Positions 1-13,357 of a DNA stretch of 45,712 bases are shown here, in pieces. The translations under genes were made by a program, and so were the position numbers. Numbering within the stretch: position 1 is the first letter of the stretch; every line of letters begins with the position of its first letter. Below the pieces are notes generated by a model. The model was not told the origin of the DNA. It saw nothing but the letters and a program-made list of their open reading frames with translations, and ran no database searches. Source of the DNA: Eledone cirrhosa (Eukaryota); NCBI GenBank assembly GCA_964016885.1, contig CAXHJY010001698.1, positions 1 through 45,712 of the forward strand. The letters run 5' to 3'.

Positions 1-2330
1 CACCAGTGATAGTTTATTTAGTACCAGTGATGGTTAATTTAGTACCAGTGATAGTTTATTTAGCACCAGTGATAGTTTATTTAGTACCAGTGATGGTTTA
101 TTTATCACCAGTGATGGTCTATTTAGTACCAGTGATAGTTTATTTAGCACCAGTGATAGTTTATTTAGCACTAGCGATGTTCTATTTAGCACCAGTGATA
201 GTTTATTTAGTACCAGTGATAGTTTATTTAGTACCAGTGATAATTTATTTAGCAGCAATGATAGTTTATATAGTACCAGTGATAGTTTATTTAGCACCAG
301 TTATAGTTTATTTAGCACTAGAGATGGTTTATTTAGCACCAGTGATAGTTAATTTAGCACCAGTGATAGTTTATTTAGTACCAGTGATAGTTTATTTAGC
401 CCTAGAGATGGTTTATTTAGCACCAGTGATAGTTTATTTAGCACTAGAGATGGTTTACTTAGCACCAGTGATAGTTAATTTAGCACCAGTGATAGTTTAT
501 TTAGTACTACTGATAGTTTATTTAGCACCAGTGATAGTTTATTTAACACCAGTGGTAGTTTATTTAGCACCAGTGATAGTTAATTTAGCACCAGTGATAG
601 TTTATTTAGTACTACTGATAGTTTATTTAGCACCAGTGGTAGTTTATTTAGCACCAGTGATAGTTTATTTAGCACCAGTAATAGTTTATTTAGTACCAGT
701 GATAGTTTATTTAGCACAAAGTGATAGTTTATTTAGTACCAGTGATAGTTTATTTAGTACCAGTGATAGTTTATTTAATACCGGTGATAGTTTATTTAGC
801 ACCAGTGATAGTTTATTCAGCACCAGTAATAGTTTATTTAGCACCAGTAATAGTTTATTTAGCACCAGTGATGGTTTATTTAGCACCAGTGATCCTTTAT
901 TTAGTACCAGTAATAGTTTATTTAGCACCAGTAATAGTTTATTTAGCACAAGTGATGGTTTATTTAGCACCAGTGATCGTTTATTTAGTACCAGTAATAG
1001 TTTATTTAGCACCAGTAATAGTTTATTTAGTACCAGTGATGGTTAATTTAGTACCAGTGATAGTTTATTTAGCACCAGTGATAGTTTATTTAGTACCAGT
1101 GATGGTTTATTTATCACCAGTGATGGTCTATTTAGTACCAGTGATAGTTTATTTAGCACCAGTGATAGTTTATTTAGCACTAGCGATGTTCTATTTAGCA
1201 CCAGTGATAGTTTATTTAGTACCAGTGATAGTTTATTTAGCACCAGTGATAGTTTAATTAGCACTAGAGATGGTTTATCTAGCACCAGTGATAGTTTATT
1301 TAGTACCAGTGATAATTTATTTAGCAGCAATGATAGTTTATATAGTACCAGTGATAGTTTATTTAGCACCAGTTATAGTTTATTTAGCACTAGAGATGGT
1401 TTATTTAGCACCAGTGATAGTTAATTTAGCACCAGTGATAGTTTATTTAGTACCAGTGATAGTTTATTTAGCCCTAGAGATGGTTTATTTAGCACCAGTG
1501 ATAGTTTATTTAGCACTAGAGATGGTTTATTTAGCACCAGTAATAGTTTATTTAGCACAAGTGATGGTTTATTTAGCACCAGTGATCGTTTATTTAGTAC
1601 CAGTAATAGTTTATTTAGCACCAGTAATAGTTTATTTAGTACCAGTGATCGTTTATTTAGTACCAGTGATAGTTTATTTAGCACCAGTGATAGTTTATTT
1701 AGTACCAGTGATGGTTAATTTAGTACCAGTGATAGTTTATTTAGCACCAGTGATAGTTTATTTAGTACCAGTGATGGTTTATTTATCACCAGTGATGGTC
1801 TATTTAGTACCAGTGATAGTTTATTTAGCACCAGTGATAGTTTATTTAGCACTAGCGATGTTCTATTTAGCACCAGTGATAGTTTATTTAGTACCAGTGA
1901 TAGTTTATTTAGTACCAGTGATAATTTATTTAGCAGCAATGATAGTTTATATAGTACCAGTGATAGTTTATTTAGCACCAGTTATAGTTTATTTAGCACT
2001 AGAGATGGTTTATTTAGCACCAGTGATAGTTAATTTAGCACCAGTGATAGTTTATTTAGTACCAGTGATAGTTTATTTAGCCCTAGAGATGGTTTATTTA
2101 GCACCAGTGATAGTTTATTTAGCACTAGAGATGGTTTACTTAGCACCAGTGATAGTTAATTTAGCACCAGTGATAGTTTATTTAGTACTACTGATAGTTT
2201 ATTTAGCACCAGTGATAGTTTATTTAGCACCAGTGGTAGTTTATTTAGCACCAGTGATAGTTAATTTAGCACCAGTGATAGTTTATTTAGTACTACTGAT
2301 AGTTTATTTAGCACCAGTGGTAGTTTATTT
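1..2330 (+). repeat. Local higher-order duplications with offsets 1009, 672 and 1681 bp
   Basis: Marker CTAGCGATGTTCTATT occurs at 171, 1180 and 1852. Offsets are 1009 (48x21+1) and 672 (32x21). Identical 87-aa minus ORFs at 34..297 and 1715..1978 are 1681 bp apart. Confidence 0.8.
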
Positions 2331-3425
2331 AGCACCTGTGGTAGTTTATTTAGCACCAGTGATAGTTTATTTAGCACCAGTGATAGTTTATGTTGCACCA
2401 GCGGTAGTTTATTTAGTACCAGTGATAGTTTATGTAGCACTAGAGATGGTTAATTTAGCACCAGTGATAGTTTATTTAGTACTAGATATGGTTTATTTAG
2501 CACCAGTGATAATTTATTTAGCACCAGTGATAGTATATATAGTACCAGAGATAGTTTATTTAGCACCAGTGATAGTTTATTTAGCACTAGAGATGGTTTA
2601 TTTAGCACCAGTGATAGTTAATTTAGCACCAGTGATAGTTTATTTAGTACTAGTGATAGTTTATTTAGCACCAGTGATAGTTTATTTAGCACCAGTGATA
2701 GTTTCTGTAGCACTAGAGATGGCTTATTTAGCACCAGTGATAGTTTATCTAGTACCAGTGATAGTTTATTTAGCACCAGTGATAGTTTATTTAGCACCAG
2801 TGATAGTTTATTTAGTACTAGTGATAGTTTATTTAGTACCAGTGATAGTTTATTTAGTACCAGTGATAGTTTATTTAGTACCAGTGATAGTTTATTTAGT
2901 ACCAGTGATATTTTATTTAGCACCAGTGATAGTTTATTTAGCACCAGTGATAGTTTATTTAGCACCAGTAATAGTTTATTTAGAACCAGTGATAGTTTAT
3001 TTAGCACCAGTAATAGTTTATTTAGCACCAGTAATAGTTTATTTAGTACCAGTAATAGTTTATTTAGCACCAGTAATAGTTTATTTAGCACCAGTGATAG
3101 TTTATTTAGCACCAGTAATAGTTTATTTAGAACCAGTGATAGTTTATTTAGCACAAAGTGATAGTTTATTTAGTACTAGTGATAGTTTATTTAGTACCAG
3201 TGATAGTTTATTTAATACCGGTGATAGTTTATTTAGCACCAGTGATAGTTTATTTAGTACCAGTGATAGTTTATTTAGCACTAGAGACGGTTTATTTAGC
3301 ACCAGTAATAGTTTATTTAGCACAAGTGATGGTTTATTTAGCACCAGTGATCGTTTATTTAGTACCAGTAATAGTTTATTTAGCACCAGTAATAGTTTAT
3401 TTAGTACCAGTGATAGTTTATTTAG

Positions 3426-6400
3426 CACAAAGTGATAGTTTATTTAGTACCAGTGATAGTTTATTTAGCACAAAGTGATAGTTTATTTAGTACCAGTGAT
3501 CGTTTATTTAGTACCAGTAATAGTTTATTTAGTACCAGTAATAGTTTATTTAGTACCAGTAATAGTTTATTTAGCACCAGTAATAGTTTATTTAGTACCA
3601 GTGATAGTTTATTTAGCACAAAGTGATAGTTTATTTAGTACCAGTGATAGTTTATTTAGTACCAGTGATAGTTTATTTAATACCGGTGATAGTTTATTTA
3701 GCACCAGTGATAGTTTATTCAGCACCAGTAATAGTTTATTTAGCACCAGTAATAGTTTATTTAGCACCAGTGATGGTTTATTTAGCACCAGTGATCGTTT
3801 ATTTAGTACCAGTAATAGTTTATTTAGCACCAGTAATAGTTTATTTAGTACCAGTGATCGTTTATTTAGTACCAGTGATAGTTTATTTAGCACCAGTGAT
3901 AGTTTATTTAGTACCAGTGATGGTTACTTTAGTACCAGTGATAGTTTATTTAGCAACAGTGATAGTTTATTTAGTACCAGTGATGGTTTATTTATCACCA
4001 GTGATGGTCTATTTAGTACTAGTGATAGTTTATTTAGCACCAGTGATAGTTTATTTAGCACTAGCGATGTTCTATTTAGCACCAGTGATAGTTTATTTAG
4101 TACCAGTGATAGTTTATTTAGCACCAGTGATAGTTTAATTAGCATTAGAGATGGTTTATCTAGCACCAGTGATAGTTTATTTAGTACCAGTGATAATGTA
4201 TTTAGCAGCAATGATAGATTATATAGTACCAGTGATAGTTTATTTAGCACCAGTTATAGTTTATTTAGCACTAGAGATGGTTTATTTAGCACCAGTGATA
4301 GTTAATTTAGCACCAGTGATAGTTTATTTAGTACCAGTGATAGTTTATTTAGCCCTAGAGATGGTTTATTTAGCACCAGTGATAGTTTATTTAGCACTAG
4401 AGATGGTTTACTTAGCACCAGTGATAGTTAATTTAGCACCAGTGATAGTTTATTTAGTACTACTGATAGTTTATTTAGTACCAGTGATAGTTTATTTAGC
4501 ACCAGTGATAGTTTATTTAGCACCAGTGATAGTTAATTTAGCACCAGTGATAGTTTATTTAGTACTACTGATAGTTTATTTAGCACCAGTGATAGTTTAT
4601 TTAGCACCTGTGGTAGTTTATTTAGCACCAGTGATAGTTTATTTAGCACTAGTGATAGTTTATGTTGCACCAGCGGTAGTTTATTTAGTACCAGTGATAG
4701 TTTATGTAGCACTAGAGATGGTTAATTTAGCACCAGTGATAGTTTATTTAGTACTAGAGATGGTTTATTTAGCACCAGTGATAATTTATTTAGCACCAGT
4801 GATAGTATATATAGTACCAGAGATAGTTTATTTAGCACCAGTGATAGTTTATTTAGCACTAGAGATGGTTTATTTAGCACCAGTGATAGTTAATTTAGCA
4901 CCAGTGATAGTTTATTTAGTACTAGTGATAGTTTATTTAGCACCAGTGATAGTTTATTTAGCACCAGTGATAGTTTCTGTAGCACTAGAGATGGTTTATT
5001 TAGCACCAGTGATAGTTTATCTAGTACCAGTGATAGTATATTTAGCACCAGTGATAGTTTATTTAGCACCAGTGATAGTTTATTTAGTACCAGTGATAGT
5101 TTATTTAATACCGGTGATAGTTTATTTAGCACCAGTGATAGTTTATTCAGCACCAGTAATAGTTTATTTAGCACCAGTAATAGTTTATTTAGCACCAGTG
5201 ATGGTTTATTTAGCACCAGTGATCCTTTATTTAGTACCAGTAATAGTTTATTTAGCACCAGTAATAGTTTATTTAGCACCATTAATAGTTTATTTAGTAC
5301 CAGTAATAGTTTATTTAGCACCAGTAATAGTTTATTTAGCACCAGTGATAGTTTATTTAGCACCAGTGATAGTTTATTTAGCACCAGTGATAGTTTATTT
5401 AGTACCAGTGATAGTTTATTTAGTACCAGTGATAGTTTATTTAGTACCAGTGATAGTTTATTTAGTACCAGTGATAGTTTATTTAGTACCAGTGATATTT
5501 TATTTAGCACCAGTGATAGTTTATTTAGCACCAGTGATAGTTTATTTAGCACCAGTAATAGTTTATTTAGAAACAGTGATAGTTTATTTAGCACCAGTAA
5601 TAGTTTATTTAGCACCAGTAATAGTTTATTTAGTACCAGTAATAGTTTATTTAGTACCAGTAATAGTTTATTTAGCACCAGTGATAGTTTATTTAGCACC
5701 AGTAATAGTTTATTTAGAACCAGTGATAGTTTATTTTTAGCACAAAGTGATAGTTTATTTAGTACCAGTGATAGTTTATTTAGTACCAGTGATAGTTTAT
5801 TTAATACCGGTGATAGTTTATTTAGCACCAGTGATAGTTTAGTTAGTACCAGTGATAGTTTATTTAGCACTAGAGATGGTTTATTTTGCACCAGTGATAG
5901 TTTATTCAGCACCAGTAATAGTTTATTTAGCACCAGTAATAGTTTATTTAGTACCAGTGATAGTTTATTTAGCACAAAGTGATAGTTTATTTAGTACCAG
6001 TGATAGTTTATTTAGCACAAAGTGATAGTTTATTTAGTACCAGTGATCGTTTATTTAGTACCAGTAATAGTTTATTTAGTACCAGTAATAGTTTATTTAG
6101 TACCAGTAATAGTTTATTTAGCACCAGTAATAGTTTATTTAGTACCAGTGATAGTTTATTTAGCACAAAGTGATAGTTTATTTAGTACCAGTGATAGTTT
6201 ATTTAGTACCAGTGATAGTTTATTTAATACCGGTGATAGTTTATTTAGCACCAGTGATAGTTTATTCAGCACCAGTAATAGTTTATTTAGCACCAGTAAT
6301 AGTTTATTTAGCACCAGTGATGGTTTATTTAGCACCAGTGATCGTTTATTTAGTACCAGTAATAGTTTATTTAGCACCAGTAATAGTTTATTTAGTACCA

Positions 6401-9400
6401 GTGATCGTTTATTTAGTACCAGTGATAGTTTATTTAGCACCAGTGATAGTTTATTTAGTACCAGTGATGGTTACTTTAGTACCAGTGATAGTTTATTTAG
6501 CAACAGTGATAGTTTATTTAGTACCAGTGATGGTTTATTTATCACCAGTGATGGTCTATTTAGTACTAGTGATAGTTTATTTAGCACCAGTGATAGTTTA
6601 TTTAGCACTAGCGATGTTCTATTTAGCACCAGTGATAGTTTATTTAGTACCAGTGATAGTTTATTTAGCACCAGTGATAGTTTAATTAGCATTAGAGATG
6701 GTTTATCTAGCACCAGTGATAGTTTATTTAGTACCAGTGATAATGTATTTAGCAGCAATGATAGATTATATAGTACCAGTGATAGTTTATTTAGCACCAG
6801 TTATAGTTTATTTAGCACTAGAGATGGTTTATTTAGCACCAGTGATAGTTAATTTAGCACCAGTGATAGTTTATTTAGTACCAGTGATAGTTTATTTAGC
6901 CCTAGAGATGGTTTATTTAGCACCAGTGATAGTTTATTTAGCACTAGAGATGGTTTACTTAGCACCAGTGATAGTTAATTTAGCACCAGTGATAGTTTAT
7001 TTAGTACTACTGATAGTTTATTTAGTACCAGTGATAGTTTATTTAGCACCAGTGATAGTTTATTTAGCACCAGTGATAGTTAATTTAGCACCAGTGATAG
7101 TTTATTTAGTACTACTGATAGTTTATTTAGCACCAGTGATAGTTTATTTAGCACCTGTGGTAGTTTATTTAGCACCAGTGATAGTTTATTTAGCACTAGT
7201 GATAGTGTATGTTGCACCAGCGGTAGTTTATTTAGTACCAGTGATAGTTTATGTAGCACTAGAGATGGTTAATTTAGCACCAGTGATAGTTTATTTAGTA
7301 CTAGAGATGGTTTATTTAGCACCAGTGATAATTTATTTAGCACCAGTGATAGTATATATAGTACCAGAGATAGTTTATTTAGCACCAGTGATAGTTTATT
7401 TAGCACTAGAGATGGTTTATTTAGCACCAGTGATAGTTAATTTAGCACCAGTGATAGTTTATTTAGTACTAGTGATAGTTTATTTAGCACCAGTGATAGT
7501 TTATTTAGCACCAGTGATAGTTTCTGTAGCACTAGAGATGGTTTATTTAGCACCAGTGATAGTTTATCTAGTACCAGTGATAGTATATTTAGCACCAGTG
7601 ATAGTTTATTTAGCACCAGTGATAGTTTATTTAGTACCAGTGATAGTTTATGTAATACCGGTGATAGTTTATTTAGCACCAGTGATAGTTTATTCAGCAC
7701 CAGTAATAGTTTATTTAGCACCAGTAATAGTTTATTTAGCACCAGTGATGGTTTATTTAGCACCAGTGATCCTTTATTTAGTACCAGTAATAGTTTATTT
7801 AGCACCAGTAATAGTTTATTTAGCACCATTAATAGTTTATTTAGTACGAGTAATAGTTTATTTAGCACCAGTAATAGTTTATTTAGCACCAGTGATAGTT
7901 TATTTAGCACCAGTGATAGTTTATTTAGCACCAGTGATAGTTTATTTAGTACCAGTGATAGTTTATTTAGTACCAGTGATAGTTTATTTAGTACCAGTGA
8001 TAGTTTATTTAGTACCAGTGATAGTTTATTTAGTACCAGTGATATTTTATTTAGCACCAGTGATAGTTTATTTAGCACCAGTGATAGTTTATTTAGCACC
8101 AGTAATAGTTTATTTAGAACCAGTGATAGTTTATTTAGCACCAGTAATAGTTTATTTAGCACCAGTAATAGTTTATTTAGTACCAGTAATAGTTTATTTA
8201 GTACCAGTAATAGTTTATTTAGCACCAGTGATAGTTTATTTAGCACCAGTAATAGTTTATTTAGAACCAGTGATAGTTTATTTTTAGCACAAAGTGATAG
8301 TTTATTTAGTACCAGTGATAGTTTATTTAGTACCAGTGATAGTTTATTAAATACCGGTGATAGTTTATTTAGCACCAGTGATAGTTTATTTAGTACCAGT
8401 GATAGTTTATTTAGCACTAGAGATGGTTTATTTTGCACCAGTGATAGTTTATTCAGCACCAGTAATAGTTTATTTAGCACCAGTAATAGTTTATTTAGTA
8501 CCAGTGATAGTTTATTTAGCACAAAGTGATAGTTTATTTAGTACCAGTGATAGTTTATTTAGCACAAAGTGATAGTTTATTTAGTACCAGTGATCGTTTA
8601 TTTAGTACCAGTAATAGTTTATTTAGTACCAGTAATAGTTTATTTAGTACCAGTAATAGTTTATTTAGCACCAGTAATAGTTTATTTAGTACCAGTGATA
8701 GTTTATTTAGCACAAAGTGATAGTTTATTTAGTACCAGTGATAGTTTATTTAGTACCAGTGATAGTTTATTTAATACCGGTGATAGTTTATTTAGCACCA
8801 GTGATAGTTTATTCAGCACCAGTAATAGTTTATTTAGCACCAGTAATAGTTTATTTAGCACCAGTGATGGTTTATTTAGCACCAGTGATCGTTTATTTAG
8901 TACCAGTAATAGTTTATTTAGCACCAGTAATAGTTTATTTAGTACCAGTGATCGTTTATTTAGTACCAGTGATAGTTTATTTAGCACCAGTGATAGTTTA
9001 TTTAGTACCAGTGATGGTTACTTTAGTACCAGTGATAGTTTATTTAGCAACAGTGATAGTTTATTTAGTACCAGTGATGGTTTATTTATCATCAGTGATG
9101 GTCTATTTAGTACTAGTGATAGTTTATTTAGCACCAGTGATAGTTTATTTAGCACTAGCGATGTTCTATTTAGCACCAGTGATAGTTTATTTAGTACCAG
9201 TGATAGTTTATTTAGCACCAGTGATAGTTTAATTAGCATTAGAGATGGTTTATCTAGCACCAGTGATAGTTTATTTAGTACCAGTGATAATGTATTTAGC
9301 AGCAATGATAGATTATATAGTACCAGTGATAGTTTATTTAGCACCAGTTATAGTTTATTTAGCACTAGAGATGGTTTATTTAGCACCAGTGATAGTTAAT

Positions 9401-12400
9401 TTAGCACCAGTGATAGTTTATTTAGTACCAGTGATAGTTTATTTAGCCCTAGAGATGGTTTATTTAGCACCAGTGATAGTTTATTTAGCACTAGAGATGG
9501 TTTACTTAGCACCAGTGATAGTTAATTTAGCACCAGTGATAGTTTATTTAGTACTACTGATAGTTTATTTAGTACCAGTGATAGTTTATTTAGCACCAGT
9601 GATAGTTTATTTAGCACCAGTGATAGTTAATTTAGCACCAGTGATAGTTTATTTAGTACTACTGATAGTTTATTTAGCACCAGTGATAGTTTATTTAGCA
9701 CCTGTGGTAGTTTATTTAGCACCAGTGATAGTTTATTTAGCACTAGTGATAGTTTATGTTGCACCAGCGGTAGTATATTTAGTACCAGTGATAGTTTATG
9801 TAGCACTAGAGATGGTTAATTTAGCACCAGTGATAGTTTATTTAGTACTAGAGATGGTTTATTTAGCACCAGTGATAATTTATTTAGCACCAGTGATAGT
9901 ATATATAGTACCAGAGATAGTTTATTTAGCACCAGTGATAGTTTATTTAGCACTAGAGATGGTTTATTTAGCACCAGTGATAGTTAATTTAGCACCAGTG
10001 ATAGTTTATTTAGTACTAGTGATAGTTTATTTAGCACCAGTGATAGTTTATTTAGCACCAGTGATAGTTTCTGTAGCACTAGAGATGGTTTATTTAGCAC
10101 CAGTGATAGTTTATCTAGTACCAGTGATAGTATATTTAGCACCAGTGATAGTTTATTTAGCACCAGTGATAGTTTATTTAGTACCAGTGATAGTTTATTT
10201 AATACCGGTGATAGTTTATTTAGCACCAGTGATAGTTTATTCAGCACCAGTAATAGTTTATTTAGCACCAGTAATAGTTTATTTAGCACCAGTGATGGTT
10301 TATTTAGCACCAGTGATCCTTTATTTAGTACCAGTAATAGTTTATTTAGCACCAGTAATAGTTTATTTAGCACCATTAATAGTTTATTTAGTACCAGTAA
10401 TAGTTTATTTAGCACCAGTAATAGTTTATTTAGCACCAGTGATAGTTTATTTAGCACCAGTGATAGTTTATTTAGCACCAGTGATAGTTTATTTAGTACC
10501 AGTGATAGTTTATTTAGTACCAGTGATAGTTTATTTAGTACCAGTGATAGTTTATTTAGTACCAGTGATAGTTTATTTAGTACCAGTGATATTTTATTTA
10601 GCACCAGTGATAGTTTATTTAGCACCAGTGATAGTTTATTTAGCACCAGTAATAGTTTATTTAGAACCAGTGATAGTTTATTTAGCACCAGTAATAGTTT
10701 ATTTAGCACCAGTAATAGTTTATTTAGTACCAGTAATAGTTTATTTAGCACCAGTAATAGTTTATTTAGCACCAGTGATAGTTTATTTAGCACCAGTAAT
10801 AGTTTATTTAGAACCAGTGATAGTTTATTTAGCACAAAGTGATAGTTTATTTAGTACCAGTGATAGTTTATTTAGTACCAGTGATAGTTTATTTAATACC
10901 GGTGATAGTTTATTTAGCACCAGTGATAGTTTATTTAGTACCAGTGATAGTTTATTTAGCACTAGAGATGGTTTATTTTGCACCAGTGATAGTTTATTCA
11001 GCACCAGTAATAGTTTATTTAGCACCAGTAATAGTTTATTTAGTACCAGTGATAGTTTATTTAGCACAAAGTGATAGTTTATTTAGTACCAGTGATAGTT
11101 TATTTAGCACAAAGTGATAGTTTATTTAGTACCAGTGATCGTTTATTTAGTACCAGTAATAGTTTATTTAGTACCAGTAATAGTTTAGTTAGTACCAGTA
11201 ATAGTTTATTTAGCACCAGTAATAGTTTATTTAGTACCAGTGATAGTTTATTTAGCACTAAGTGATAGTTTATTTAGTACCAGTGATAGTTTATTTAGTA
11301 CCAGTGATAGTTTATTTAATACCGGTGATAGTTTATTTAGCACCAGTGATAGTTTATTCAGCACCAGTAATAGTTTATTTAGCACCAGTAATAGTTTATT
11401 TAGCACCAGTGATGGTTTATTTAGCACCACTGATCCTTTATTTAGTACCAGTAATAGTTTATTTAGCACCAGTAATAGTTTATTTAGCACAAGTGATGGT
11501 TTATTTAGCACCAGTGATCGTTTATTTAGTACCAGTAATAGTTTATTTAGCACCAGTAATAGTTTATTCAGTACCAGTGATCGTTTATTTAGTACCAGTG
11601 ATAGTTTATTTAGCACCAGTGATAGTTTATTTAGTACCAGTGATGGTTACTTTAGTAACAGTGATAGTTTATTTAGCAACAGTGATAGTTTATTTAGTAC
11701 CAGTGATGGTTTATTTATCATCAGTGATGGTCTATTTAGTACTAGTGATAGTTTATTTAGCACCAGTGATAGTTTATTTAGCACTAGCGATGTTCTATTT
11801 AGCACCAGTGATAGTTTATTTAGTACCAGTGATAGTTTATTTAGCACCAGTGATAGTTTAATTAGCATTAGAGATGGTTTATCTAGCACCAGTGATAGTT
11901 TATTTAGTACCAGTGATAATGTATTTAGCAGCAATGATAGATTATATAGTACCAGTGATAGTTTATTTAGCACCAGTTATAGTTTATTTAGCTCTAGAGA
12001 TGGTTTATTTAGCACCAGTGATAGTTAATTTAGCACCAGTGATAGTTTATTTAGTACCAGTGATAGTTTATTTAGCCCTAGAGATGGTTTATTTAGCACC
12101 AGTGATAGTTTATTTAGCACTAGAGATGGTTTACTTAGCACCAGTGATAGTTAATTTAGCACCAGTGATAGTTTATTTAGTACTACTGATAGTTTATTTA
12201 GTACCAGTGATAGTTTATTTAGCACCAGTGATAGTTTATTTAGCACCAGTGATAGTTAATTTAGCACCAGTGATAGTTTATTTAGTACTACTGATAGTTT
12301 ATTTAGCACCAGTGATAGTTTATTTAGCACCTGTGGTAGTTTATTTAGCACCAGTGATAGTTTATTTAGCACTAGTGATAGTTTATGTTGCACCAGCGGT

Positions 12401-13357
12401 AGTTTATTTAGTACCAGTGATAGTTTATGTAGCACTAGAGATGGTTAATTTAGCACCAGTGATAGTTTATTTAGTACTAGAGATGGTTTATTTAGCACCA
12501 GTGATAATTTATTTAGCACCAGTGATAGTATATATAGTGCCAGAGATAGTTTATTTAGCACCAGTGATAGTTTATTTAGCACTAGAGATGGTTTATTTAG
12601 CACCAGTGATAGTTAATTTAGCACCAGTGATAGTTTATTTAGTACTAGTGATAGTTTATTTAGCACCAGTGATAGTTTATTTAGCACCAGTGATAGTTTC
12701 TGTAGCACTAGAGATGGTTTATTTAGCACCAGTGATAGTTTATCTAGTACCAGTGATAGTATATTTAGCACCAGTGATAGTTTATTTAGCACCAGTGATA
12801 GTTTATTTAGTACCAGTGATAGTTTATTTAATACCGGTGATAGTTTATTTAGCACCAGTGATAGTTTATTCAGCACCAGTAATAGTTTATTTAGCACCAG
12901 TAATAGTTTATTTAGCACCAGTGATGGTTTATTTAGCACCAGTGATCCTTTATTTAGTACCAGTAATAGTTTATTTAGCACCAGTAATAGTTTATTTAGC
13001 ACCATTAATAGTTTATTTAGTACCAGTAATAGTTTATTTAGCACCAGTAATAGTTTATTTAGCACCAGTGATAGTTTATTTAGCACCAGTAATAGTTTAT
13101 TTAGAACCAGTGATAGTTTATTTAGCACAAAGTGATAGTTTATTTAGTACCAGTGATAGTTTATTTAGTACCAGTGATAGTTTATTTAATACCGGTGATA
13201 GTTTATTTAGCACCAGTGATAGTTTATTTAGTACCAGTGATAGTTTATTTAGCACTAGAGATGGTTTATTTTGCACCAGTGATAGTTTATTCAGCACCAG
13301 TAATAGTTTATTTAGCACCAGTAATAGTTTATTTAGTACCAGTGATAGTTTATTTAG
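3426..13357 (+). repeat. Higher-order repeat of about 121 monomers, four tandem copies (2547, 2547, 2545 and 2293 bp)
   Basis: The equivalent 22-bp CACAAAGTGATAG monomer starts at 3426, 5973, 8520, 11065 and 13358. Shared rare markers (GGTTACTTTAG, GCAACAGT, GCATTAGAG, ATAATGTATT, ATAGATTATA, ACCATTAAT) occur once per copy. The ORF pattern repeats at the same offsets. Confidence 0.93.

Noticed and set aside
4-12. CAGTGATAG matches 9 bp of the tet operator tetO2 (TCCCTATCAGTGATAGAGA), suggesting a synthetic operator array
   Set aside because: The left half-site CCCTAT is absent, so the operator palindrome is not formed. The natural-looking nested variation does not fit a construct.
103-116. 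TATCACC and GTGAT resemble phage lambda operator half-sites
   Set aside because: The spacing does not give the 17-bp operator, it occurs only in a minor variant, and there is no phage context.
1270-3435. Long plus-strand ORFs of (LAPVIVY)n, up to 721 aa, resembling membrane proteins
   Set aside because: They follow automatically from a stop-free 21-bp unit. They have no unique N- or C-terminus, are almost entirely hydrophobic, switch frame at 22-mers, and the commonest variant (Ala/Val) is non-synonymous.
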